A stretch of DNA of 64,000 nucleotides from positions 124,001 to 188,000 of the forward strand of contig NIVC01001141.1 of the NCBI GenBank assembly GCA_002269645.1. The letters are read 5' to 3'. Both the position numbers and the translations under genes were made by a program. The notes under the pieces were generated by a model. That model was not told the origin of the DNA, made no database searches, and saw only the letters and a list, made by a program, of their open reading frames with translations. Position 1 is the first letter of the stretch, and each line of letters starts with the position of its first letter. Origin of the DNA: Macrostomum lignano. Its lineage: Eukaryota. This document shows, one piece after another, positions 12,301-23,213 of this stretch.

Positions 12301-15300
12301 GTGGCTGGTAAGGATCCCAAATAGGCTTAAATACCGGGATCAGTGGCTGGTAAGGATCCCAAATAGGCTCAAATACCGGGATCAGTGGCTGGTGAGGATC
12401 CCAAATAGGCTCCAATACCGGGATCAGTGGCTGGGAGAGGATCCCAAATAGAGTGCTCAAATACCGGGATCAGTGGCTGGTGCGGATCCCAAATAGGCTC
12501 AAATACCGGGATCGGTGGCTGATGAGGATTCTGAGTTGATCCGGGACTGCTAAGTATGATTAAAAAGGTTGCTGGTGGAACAAAACGCTGAGCGCTCTCA
12601 ACAGTCGAACCTGGGGAAGGTGACGAAGAACCAGCAGTTCTCATCGCCAGTGTCCAGGTAGTTCAGCACCTTGGTGGCCACCCGGTCCATGAGCTCCTCG
12701 ATGAAGGGCGGGTTGACCGTCCATCCACCGTGGCACTTGGAGAAGTCCACCTTGAAGAAGCTGCCCATGCTGCCGAACTCCTCGTCAGTGTCGATGAAGA
12801 GGCTGCAGAAGCGAGAGTCCGCCTTGTCGATCATCTTGGAGTTCAGAGGAGACGCGAAGCCCTCGTACCGAACTCCCATGAGGTCATGCAGTGCATTGTG
12901 CACCGTGATGGGGTCGCCCCACTGCAGACTGCCGGTGCCCAGCGCCTCGTACCTGATCAGCATCCTGGTGGCTGGCAGCAGTCCGAAGTTGCGCACCAGG
13001 AACTTCACCCGCCAGCAGTGCTTGGACTTGAAGTCGCCCAGTGTCACGTGAGCTGCATCTTCGCTGTCCTCAATCAGCTCTATGCGGAGGTCGCTTGTGT
13101 CTTCGTCCCTGCCATCGTCCTTCAGGAACTTGCGCAGTCGCTGCTCCAACTGACCAAAGATGGTCCTGGCGTTCTCCCTGTCCGAGCTGAACTTCTTCTC
13201 CACGCACTCGTCGATCAGCTTCTGGTTCACCGAGTCCTCCTCGCTCAGGCTTTGCGGAAACAGCGGGTAGCGCGAGTCCATGCTGCCATCGTAGTCCAGC
13301 TGGAAGGACAGCAGCCAGCGGTCCAGCATGTTCTGCGCCTCCGAAAGGTTCTTATCCGCTGTGTGGTACATCCTGCCGTCTCCCTTCAGGAAGACGTCCA
13401 CCAAGGAGCGGGCGAAGCGCCACTGCCGCAGCTCCGTCAGGTGCTTCTCTGTGGGCTCGGACTCATCAAGCAGTGGGGAATGCCTTCTTTTGAGTCTGTT
13501 CCGGAGATCCGCGGTGTTGCCCGTCTCATGGCCGTCGGTCTTGGCAGCTCTGTGCCGGCTGGGCTTGAGGATTACACGGAGCTGCTTGCTGCAGGTCATC
13601 CGCCACTCCTCCTCCACCATGTGCCGGTTGAGGTTGCGGAACATCTTGCGAATCTCCTTTAGGTTGGCATCATCGGGCAGGCGGTTCCCCATCACGAAGA
13701 TGGTGAGGTTGTTGCGGGGCACGAAGATGCGGCCGTAGCAGTCCTGCACCGTGAAGCCGCCGTCGTCCAGCTCGATCTGGTCGATGCGGCGCTTGGAATC
13801 ACTGAGACGCACCCAGCCGGGGGTGTCATCCCACCTGGCGGATGTTTAGGCGATGGGAAAAAATACAATTTAGAGGTGTAAGAAAAAAAAGTTTCTGACG
13901 TAGATAAGAAATCCCCTTAGTGAGTTAGAAGCAATCAAATCCGATTTGATCATCGAATTCCTATCTAAATAAAATTCATTCGGCCGCAAGAAGGCTTCGA
14001 CTTGGAGAAAAACTGAAGCAGACCAGCACATTCCTCTACTAAAAGTAGCGAGGATCGGGTATAGACAGAATTTTGGCATGCTTTGAAATCTGCCATGAAT
14101 GTTAACTAAGCAAAGGTCGCCACCTCAGAGATTTCTGAGCTAGAAGCGCACTTGCTTAGCTGTACTGTGTGGACAGGTCGCTCAAACTACGAGTACAGGT
14201 GTAAAACGAGTAAATTGGTAATTCCTAGTGCAATGCAGAGACAGCAATTTTTATTCCAGTATCTGAGATACACTGGTAATTTAACTGCATCAGTTTCACA
14301 GAGTCACTCCACTTCTAGCTCGTAAATACCCTCAGAATTTGCGCTTAATGTTGTGGAAGGAGAGCTCCCTTCAGGCCAAGAGACATCCCAACAATAGTGT
14401 CCCAGTTGTGGCTCTCAAATCCTGGGATTATTGGGCGGCAGATCGTCCCGAATTAAGTGCTCAAATCCCAGGAGCAATAGCTGGGAAACGATCCCGAACA
14501 GAGTGCTTGAATCCCTGGATCAGTTGCTGGTGAGGATCCCAAAAAGGCTCAAATACCGGGATCAGTGGCTGGTAAGGATCCCAATTCCAAAATAGGCTTA
14601 AATACCGGGATCAGTGGCTGGTAAGGATCCCAAATAGGCTTAAATACCAGGATCAGAGGCTGGTAAGGATCCCAAACATACATGCGCAACAGTCGGCCGA
14701 GTCGGCCGATCCGGCCGACTGATTTGGCAGCCAACCAAGGAAGTCGCAAAAAATGCCCACCCAAAAAATACCCACGCAGTAGTACTAAGTAGCTGACGAG
14801 GCATTTTTGCCTGATAAGACAGTCATAGTTACTCCCGCCGTTTACCCAAAGTTGCGTTAATTTTGCTTTAGGGTTTTTTTACATGTAAGTCGCATTTTTG
14901 GCCAAAAACTACGTCGCATTTTTGTTAAAACTAAGTCGCACGGCCGACCGAATTTTGGACGTTGCGCATGTATGATCCCAAATAGGCTTAAACACCGGGA
15001 TCAGTGGCTGGTGAGGATCCCAAATAGGCTCAAATACCGGGATCAGTGGCTGGTGAGGATCCCAAATAGGCTCAAATACCGGGATCAGTGGCTGGTAAAG
15101 ATCCCAAATAGGCTCAAATACCGGGATCAGTGGCTGGTGAGGATCCCAAATAGGCTCAAATACCGGGATCAGTGGCTGGTAAGGATCCCAAATAGGCTCA
15201 AATACCGGGATCAGTGGCTGGTAAAGATCCCAAATAGGCTCAAATACCGGGATCAGTGGCTGGTAAGGATCCCAAATAGGCTTAAATACCGGGATCAGTG

Positions 15301-16704
15301 GCTGGTAAGGATCCCAAATAGGCTTAAATACCGGGATCAGTGGCTGGTAAAGATCCCAAATAGGCTCAAATACCGGGATCAGTGGCTGGTAAGGATCCCA
15401 AATAGGCTTAAATACCGGGATCAGTGGCTGGTGAGGATCCCAAATAGGCTCAAATACCGGGATCAGTGGCTGGTGAGGATCCCAAATAGGCTCAAATACC
15501 GGGATCAGTGGCTGGTAAGGATCCCAAATAGGCTCAAATACCGGGATCAGTGGCTGGTGAGGATCCCAAATAGGCTCCAATACCGGGATCAGTGGCTGGG
15601 AGAGGATCCCAAATAGAGTGCTCAAATACCGGGATCAGTGGCTGGTGCGGATCCCAAATAGGCTCAAATACCGGGATCGGTGGCTGATGAGGATTCTGAG
15701 TTGATCCGGGACTGCTAAGTATGATTAAAAAGGTTGCTGGTGGAACAAAACGCTGAGCGCTCTCAACAGTCGAACCTGGGGAAGGTGACGAAGAACCAGC
15801 AGTTCTCATCGCCAGTGTCCAGGTAGTTCAGCACCTTGGTGGCCACCCGGTCCATGAGCTCCTCGATGAAGGGCGGGTTGACCGTCCATCCACCGTGGCA
15901 CTTGGAGAAGTCCACCTTGAAGAAGCTGCCCATGCTGCCGAACTCCTCGTCAGTGTCGATGAAGAGGCTGCAGAAGCGAGAGTCCGCCTTGTCGATCATC
16001 TTGGAGTTCAGAGGAGACGCGAAGCCCTCGTACCGAACTCCCATGAGGTCATGCAGTGCATTGTGCACCGTGATGGGGTCGCCCCACTGCAGACTGCCGG
16101 TGCCCAGCGCCTCGTACCTGATCAGCATCCTGGTGGCTGGCAGCAGTCCGAAGTTGCGCACCAGGAACTTCACCCGCCAGCAGTGCTTGGACTTGAAGTC
16201 GCCCAGTGTCACGTGAGCTGCATCTTCGCTGTCCTCAATCAGCTCTATGCGGAGGTCGCTTGTGTCTTCGTCCCTGCCATCGTCCTTCAGGAACTTGCGC
16301 AGTCGCTGCTCCAACTGACCAAAGATGGTCCTGGCGTTCTCCCTGTCCGAGCTGAACTTCTTCTCCACGCACTCGTCGATCAGCTTCTGGTTCACCGAGT
16401 CCTCCTCGCTCAGGCTTTGCGGAAACAGCGGGTAGCGCGAGTCCATGCTGCCATCGTAGTCCAGCTGGAAGGACAGCAGCCAGCGGTCCAGCATGTTCTG
16501 CGCCTCCGAAAGGTTCTTATCCGCTGTGTGGTACATCCTGCCGTCTCCCTTCAGGAAGACGTCCACCAAGGAGCGGGCGAAGCGCCACTGCCGCAGCTCC
16601 GTCAGGTGCTTCTCTGTGGGCTCGGCTGACTTGACGCTGGGCTCGGACTCATCAAGCAGTGGCTGGCGCTTTAGTTTGAGTTTGTCTCTGAGATCGGTGG
16701 CCAT
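9362..16704 (-). CDS. PCIF1/CAPAM-like N6-adenosine methyltransferase with three tandem catalytic units and no WW domain (~1269 aa, 3 exons)
   Basis: Exons 15776-16704, 12611-13834 and 9362-11017 are joined by phase-2 GT-AG introns (CCCAG|GTTCG ... CCGCCAG|GTGG). Each unit has LDRWLL, SLQWG, EGFASPLNS, FCSLFIDTDEEFGSMGSFF and the NPPF motif, as in PCIF1 (ECFASPLN..YCSAFPDTDGYFGSRG..NPPF). One 1-nt frameshift near 9637. Confidence 0.85.
11705..12530. repeat. 42-bp minisatellite in intron 2 of the PCIF1-like gene
   Basis: (GGATCCCAAATAGGCTCAAATACCGGGATCAGTGGCTGGTAA)n. Confidence 0.95.
14525..15695. repeat. Same 42-bp minisatellite in intron 1 of the PCIF1-like gene, interrupted by a MITE
   Basis: Same unit and flanks as 11705-12530. 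Confidence 0.95.
14677..14974. mobile_element. MITE, 298 bp, 14-bp TIR CATACATGCGCAAC, 8-bp TSD ATCCCAAA (hAT- or P-like)
   Basis: Perfect TIRs and TSD; the empty site is visible in the paralogous intron near 11850; second copy at 27892-28190. Confidence 0.93.
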
Positions 16705-17496
16705 TTGCTTGAGACGATGATGTCAGAGTTTTATTCAGCTTTCTGACTCGCTTTTTAATTTAAAACGTAAAACAGAAAACAAATTATCTGCTAAATCCGG
16801 AAGCCTCAGTTTTCATTTTTCGTTTTCATTCTTGTCGTTGCTTGCCTTCTTCCTTTAATAGGTTCAATGTACAAGCCAGGCCCTACCCTCAGCCCTGTCA
16901 GCCTCTCACTGCTGGCCCGCGGGGAGAGAAATGAAGCCCAATGCCTCGACTCTTTTTAGAAACCCCCTTGCCCGTGCACAAATGTACACTCTGCCCTGCG
17001 TCAATGTACATTATTTTCCCTGTCCCCCGCCTTCCCAGCGCTAAATGACTGTACACACAGAAAGAACGCCTCTCTCCACAGCCTGACTCGCTAGACAAAG
17101 CCTTAGAAGTAAAGCCAACTAACCTTACATTCAGCAGGGGCCTGTCTTCTGCTCAAGAACTACTAATACTGAATACTCGTATATACAAATACAAGCTATA
17201 GTAGGGCTCCAACCAACTAAAGAGAAGTTTCTATCTATCGAGTTAAAGCAAAATATAAATATTTAAAATCTAAAGCAAAATCAAATAATAAATATTTCAC
17301 TTTGCGGCTTCTAATCCAACCAAAAGTCAAGGACTACTTAAGTATATATATGCGTTACTTTAGTCATCCTTGCCAAAAGTACTTCAGATTTAATAAATGA
17401 GTTTGTTTGCGAAACATTCTAGTGCCTTTATGATCGAACGGTGCAAGTTTCATGAAAATCTTTTGAGCCTTTTAAAAAATAAGTTTAGTACATGCA

Positions 17497-18105
17497 CTTG
17501 GGAGCCAGTCCACTGAAGCACTGGGGAGCCAGTCCACTGAAGCACTGGGGAGCCAGTCCACTGAAGCACTGGGGAGCCAGTCCACTGAAGCACTGGGGAG
17601 CCAGTCCACTGAAGCACTGGGGAGCCAGTCCACTGAAGCACTGGGGAGCCAGTCCACTGAAGCACTGGGGAGCCAGTCCACTGAAGCACTGGGGAGCCAG
17701 TCCACTGAAGCACTGGGGAGCCAGTCCACTGAAGCACTGGGGAGCCAGTCCACTGAAGCACTGGGGAGCCAGTCCACTGAAGCACTGGGGAGCCAGTCCA
17801 CTGAAGCACTGGGGAGCCAGTCCACTGAAGCACTGGGGAGCCAGTCCACTGAAGCACTGGGGAGCCAGTCCACTGAAGCACTGGGGAGCCAGTCCACTGA
17901 AGCACTGGGGAGCCAGTCCACTGAAGCACTGGGGAGCCAGTCCACTGAAGCACTGGGGAGCCAGTCCACTGAAGCACTGGGGAGCCAGTCCACTGAAGCA
18001 CTGGGGAGCCAGTCCACTGAAGCACTGGGGAGCCAGTCCACTGAAGCACTGGGGAGCCAGTCCACTGAAGCACTGGGGAGCCAGTCCACTGAAGCACTGG
18101 GGAGA
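17497..18105. repeat. 24-bp minisatellite (CCAGTCCACTGAAGCACTGGGGAG)n, about 25 essentially identical units
   Basis: Visible perfect tandem array. Confidence 0.97.
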
Positions 18106-18931
18106 CGGCCCCTCTGAAGTCCCGGAATCCAGCCCACCGAAGTCCATTGTGAAGCAATGATAACTATCTGGAGTTTAAGATTCCTCTCAGTGCCATGTTA
18201 AAATATCTGGGCCAGTTCTACAAAGCCATCGTAACATAAGATTGTTCTTATTTCCGCAGTGTAAAAGTTCCGACGAACGATCGAACTTACGCTACGACAG
18301 CTTTATAGTGGACCCCTCCGAGTGTAGAGTGAATGAGTTAAGAGAAGTCGCCGCTCGCTAGAGGTGCTACATTTGACTCTTCCATGTGCATATTCGTAGC
18401 TGTAATTGCATTATGTGACCGCATAATGTCTGCCTGTTGGGTTCTAATAAGTTCACAAAGTACCTGCCAAAAAGCGCAGCAAAAACCACATAAACCCAGC
18501 AACGAGAACGCATTCCATTAATTATTGGCTCAGGTATGATTGTCCAGGAAGCCACACTAGATATTCTGTCAAGTAGTAAAGCTGATCAGTTGCAGAGCTC
18601 TCACAGAGGCGCCAGCAACTCCGAGTTTATTTCGATATGATTAATAATTAATGCACAGTTACAGCCATACAATTCATTTTTACTAGCTGAAAATGCCGAA
18701 TAAAGCAGAGCAAAGCGAAGGAATCTGGGAGAAGCAGGTCAGCGCCAAAGGCATGCACCTGCCTATAACTAACTATAAGAACAAGCGGTGCAAATATCAG
18801 CCCCAGTTATACATTGTGGGCCGTCACAGGTAAACCAAAATCGTCAACCGAATGCAGCCGGTAAGACAAAAACATACAATTGCTGAACAGACGCAATAAA
18901 GGAGGATCAGCACCGGTCAGACAGCAGCCAG

Positions 18932-20521
18932 TCAGTTGCCATGCTGGGCGAAGAACTCCCTGGCCGCGGCGCACCTGGGATTTGTGCACAGCGGGCAGCG
19001 CAGCTGGAACTGCGAGCTGACGGTGCAGCCCTCGGCCAGGTGCTGCAGCACCAGGTCGGCCAGCGCAGACACGAAGGTCGGACTGTCGTTGAGAGCCTCG
19101 GAGCGGAGGACGCGGGCGCCGAGGTCGCCGGCCAGTTTGCCTGCGTATTCGACGTCCAGCTCGTACAGCGTCTCGATGTGGTCGCTGGTGAAGGCGATGG
19201 GCACCAGAACCAGCTGGTCGCGGCCGCGCTTCACCAGGCCGCGGATGGCCTCCTCCGTGCTGGGGCCCAGCCAGGGCAGCGGACCCACCTTGGACTGCCA
19301 GACCAGCCGGTACGGCACGCTGCCGGGGCCCAGCGCCTGCGCCACCATATGGGCGGTGACGGCCACCTCAGCCGGGTACGGGTCGCCCCGGTTCACCACC
19401 GACATGGGCAGCGAGTGGGCGGAGATCAGCAGCGCGCAGCGGGCCCGTTCCTCCGGCCCCAGCCTATCCAGCTCTGGCCGAACCCGCTCGGCCACGGCGG
19501 CCACGAAGCCAGCGTGCGCCGGCCAGCGGTCGATGAGCGACCAGCGCTGAATGCTGCTGGCCCCGCTGCGCTTGCGGTAGTACGCGGCCAGCGCGTTGAA
19601 GGAGCTGCCGCTGGTGCTGCAGGAGTACTGCGGGTACTGTGAGAAGGCGATCGCGTGCTGCACGCCGTCCCGCTCCATCGCCTCCACGGCGTCCTCCAGC
19701 AGCGGCCGGGCGTAGCGGAAGCCAACGTAGTGGCGATGCGGCGCCGATCCCGGGCTCAGCCGGTCCAGCTGAGCCGTCATGGCGCGGCCCTGCGGGTTTG
19801 GGGATAATTCTCCCATGGTCAGCTTTCATGGCTGGTCAGCTCCTACGAAGTCTGACATGCTGGAAAGTTATTTACGATACATATCGGCACCCGAACAGTG
19901 ATATATAAGAGAGATCGCTTACTGAAGAGAAGCAAGGAAACAATTTGAAGCGAATCTCTTATAGGGTGTGCAAAAGGTTGCGCACTGATGGATAAACAGA
20001 AATTTGACGCGTGTGTCTTTGAGCTGGCAAAGAGAACTCAGACACTGGTCCTGGCCAATCGTGAGTCCGAGTCTCGCACTTGGACACATGCAGAAGCTCA
20101 TATGTGGAATGCCAAGCCAGTATCGCTAGAAAATTTGCATCCACTCACCGAATACTAAGATTGAAGCTAAACAAAAGCTAAAACTGTCCCCTGAGCGGGG
20201 ACTCACCTGAGCCTCAGTCCACTTGAGGATTGGGCTGCCGCCGCCAATGCGGTAGTACTGCTCCCTGATGGCCGGGGTGCGCCTCCTGGCGATGTACTTA
20301 GACAGCCGAGACTGTGCGGGCAGCGGGATCAAGTCCCCGTCACTGAACAGGCGGTGCAGAAAGTCGCCAACATCGTCCAGTGTCTCCGGCCCGCCCATGT
20401 TCAGCATGAGGATGCCGGTCTTGGGAGGCTGCGCGCCGCCGCTGGTGGAGCTGAGAAGACGGCGGCCAGAGGCGGTCAGACGGGCCAGCCGCCCAGAGGA
20501 CAGCAGCGGCAGCAGCGGCAT
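18932..20521 (-). CDS. FECH: Ferrochelatase, mitochondrial (2 exons: 20207-20521, 18932-19789; 390 aa)
   Basis: [73 protein letters not shown] and the C-terminal CPLC...C Fe-S motif; Arg/Leu/Ser-rich presequence; canonical splice sites. Confidence 0.97.
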
Positions 20522-20787
20522 AGGAAGAGGCTGCGGAGCGATCGAACAGACTACTGCTAGTAGGGAGTAAAAGTTATTGAAGTTAAATTCTAAGAACAAA
20601 AAGCAGAAAATTAACAAGAACAAAAAATAAAAAGCGAAACAACAGAAAATTGTTCTAGCAGCAAAGGTCTGCACGCAGAAAATGCAGTGTAGGGTGCATT
20701 TTATTGGTAGAACAAGCTAGCAATCAATGATAACACATTAGGCTGCAAAGTAACTGGGCTGTTGCCAGTGAAGCTACAAATTAAAAG

Positions 20788-22256
20788 TCAAAACTCGGCA
20801 GCCAGCAGCCGCAGCTTCTTCAGCAGCCGCCTGTCCGGGACGCGGCCGGGCAGCGAGTCCGCGTCCACCCACTTCCAGCTGCCCGAGGCCTCTGCGCTGC
20901 GCCAGTCGGCACCGGTGAAGATGGCCCGGTGCAGGAACAGGGAAACTGGGGATTTCTTGTACTTGTACGTGTGCAGGCCGACTGGCGCGTTGCCTAGCAA
21001 CCGGCAGCTGGCGGTCAGCCCCATCAGCTCCAGTAGGCGGTCGCAGGCGGCTCGAAGGCTGGCGTCGCCGTCAACAACTGGGCAGCAGGGGAGGCAGAGG
21101 TCAGCATCCGTGCTGAGCAGCACGGCTGGCCGCTTCAGGCTGGGGTCGGCGGCCTCCCTGTGGTGGAGAGAATGCGGAGTAGCTACTGTGAGTAGTGAGA
21201 GCGGACTGCAGCTGACCTAGCTGTGCAAACAGCTACTGTGAGTAGTGAGAGCGGACTGCAGCTGACCTAGCTGTGCAAACAGCTACTGTGAGTAGTGAGA
21301 GCGGACTGCAGCTGACCTAGCTGTGCAAACAGCTACTGTGAGTAGTGAGAGCGGACTGCAGCTGACCTAGCTGTGCAAACAGCTACTGTGAGTAGTGAGA
21401 GCGGACTGCAGCTGACCTAGCTGTGCAAACAGCTACTGTGAGTAGTGAGAGCGGACTGCAGCTGACCTAGCTGTGCAAACAGCTACTGTGAGTAGTGAGA
21501 GCGGACTGCAGCTGACCTAGCTGTGCAAACAGCTACTGTGAGTAGTGAGAGCGGACTGCAGCTGACCTAGCTGTGCAAACAGCTACTGTGAGTAGTGAGA
21601 GCGGACTGCAGCTGACCTAGCTGTGCAAACAGCTACTGTGAGTAGTGAGAGCGGACTGCAGCTGACCTAGCTGTGCAAACAGCTACTGTGAGTAGTGAGA
21701 GCGGACTGCAGCTGACCTAGCTGTGCAAACAGCTACTGTGAGTAGTGAGAGCGGACTGCAGCTGACCTAGCTGTGCAAACAGCTACTGTGAGTAGTGAGA
21801 GCGGACTGCAACTGACCTAGCTGTGCAAACAGCTACTGTGAGTAGCGAGAGTGGCTATGCAATACAATTAAAGCATTAAGTGAAACCGACAGCACACCTG
21901 GAGGCCAGAGTGACTGCCTGTTGCTCAGCAGCCCACCGCTGCATCAGGTCCTTGGCGGTAATTACGGCGCCGTCCCTGGCCACCTGGACTTTGCCCTCCG
22001 CGGCTGCGCTGAGGCTCCGCTTGGCTGCCTCCGACTCGGCGCGGTCGCGCAGCTCAAAGTCGGACAGGCGGCTGCGCTCAAAGTCCAGCCGGGTGAAGAG
22101 GTCCGAGGCTCGAGTCTCCAGTTCAGTGAGGTCAGGCGTGAGCACAGCTTTGCGCTGGATGAGCAGGCCAACGCTGAGCAGCCGGCCAGACCGGGTGAGG
22201 CCCGGAGTGGCGGCTGAGCCCGATCGCCACAGGGCAGCCACAGCGGCTGATGTAGC
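20788..22256 (-). CDS. MRPL46: Mitochondrial ribosomal protein L46 (exons 21898-22256 and 20788-21157; first exon not located)
   Basis: LLIQRKAVL..FERSRLSDFELR and LLGNAPVGLHTYKY..LFLHRA..WKWV resemble MRPL46 (IERSLYSDHELR; FLGNAPCGHYTFKF); the phase-2 junction is consistent. Confidence 0.85.
21180..21845. repeat. 50-bp minisatellite, about 13 units, filling the MRPL46 intron
   Basis: (AGCTACTGTGAGTAGTGAGAGCGGACTGCAGCTGACCTAGCTGTGCAAAC)n. Confidence 0.97.
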
Positions 22257-22289
22257 CTGCGGATGGCGGGGGACTGGGATGCAGATCCT

Positions 22290-22500
22290 GGGTGCTGATC
22301 CCACTATAGGGTGCTGATCCCACTATGGGATGCTGATCCCACTATGAGGTGCTGATCCCACTATGAGGTGCTGATCCCACTATGAGGTGCTGATCCCACT
22401 ATGAGGTGCTGATCCCACTATGGGATGCTGATCCCACTATGAGGTGCTGATCCCACTATGGGGTGCTGATCCCACTATGGGGTGCTGATCCCACTATGGG
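22290..22500. repeat. 19-bp minisatellite (GCTGATCCCACTATGAGGT)n
   Basis: Visible tandem array upstream of the MRPL46 acceptor. Confidence 0.9.
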
Positions 22501-23213
22501 TTGTTGCTCGCACAGAAGTGCCAGATCCTACTTAGACTGCACAGTCAATGGATAACGCGGTGCCCAAGGTTTTATACCAAAACAGAAGTAACTCAGAGCT
22601 GAGGAAGCAAGCTGAACCCGAGCTAAAAACCACCTGCCGCACCAAAATGATTTACAAGGCAGCGGCAAAAAACAGCCCAGTGAGTTTCGAATCGCGAGGA
22701 AAAATAACAAGACAGCGATCGGACAGTTTATTTGATTAGATTGAGTACAGATAGCAGTGCCAGTTGCAGCAGTCGGACCGCAAAGTCAACCAGCCTCAAC
22801 ACAGAAGTCCCAATAGGTCCCAGCACAGCGTGCAATTGTCAATGCAGTGCGAGCCCGCTGCATCAGTGGGCGCGCTGGGCAACAACTGCAGCACAGGGCT
22901 GCGCAGGGCACAAGCAAAGGTCCGCGGGACTCGCTTGAGAAAAATTGTCACAATTAGAAAGAGAAAAACGGCTGCTTCAAACAAATAATGAATCAGAATT
23001 AGATCGGACAATAAAGCTGCTCAATAAGTGCGGGCTCATTGATTCTAGTGAAACTTGCTAAACACTAACAGTCAAAGCTTGCATATCTAATCTGAAATAG
23101 TTAAGTACTTAGCATGCAGCGCAGAGTAGCAAGGTACCTATTAGACAAATTTCTGCTTCAATAAAAAGTTCCAGAGTTTGCAGACGAGACTCCAGATGAG
23201 CTGCGCCGGTGCC

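Noticed and set aside
9901-16629. Plus-strand ORFs of 244-314 aa opposite the methyltransferase exons
   Set aside because: Antisense shadows of GC3-rich coding sequence; same pattern opposite FECH, DGAT1, CARMIL and the ankyrin exon.
12598-16704. Three independent PCIF1-like genes ending in FPRFDC-stop
   Set aside because: FDC-stop lies just past a GT donor, the upstream ORFs of the lower two copies start at a GTG after an AG acceptor, and splicing restores the homologous FPRWDD sequence.
17450-18160. 200+ aa periodic ORFs and a CRISPR-like look of the 24-bp array
   Set aside because: The units are contiguous with no unique spacers and there are no cas genes; eukaryotic context. The same applies to all other arrays.
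22788-22863. Candidate first exon of MRPL46 (MQRARTALTIARCAG...)
   Set aside because: It resembles a presequence, but I found no good phase-0 donor; left unassigned.
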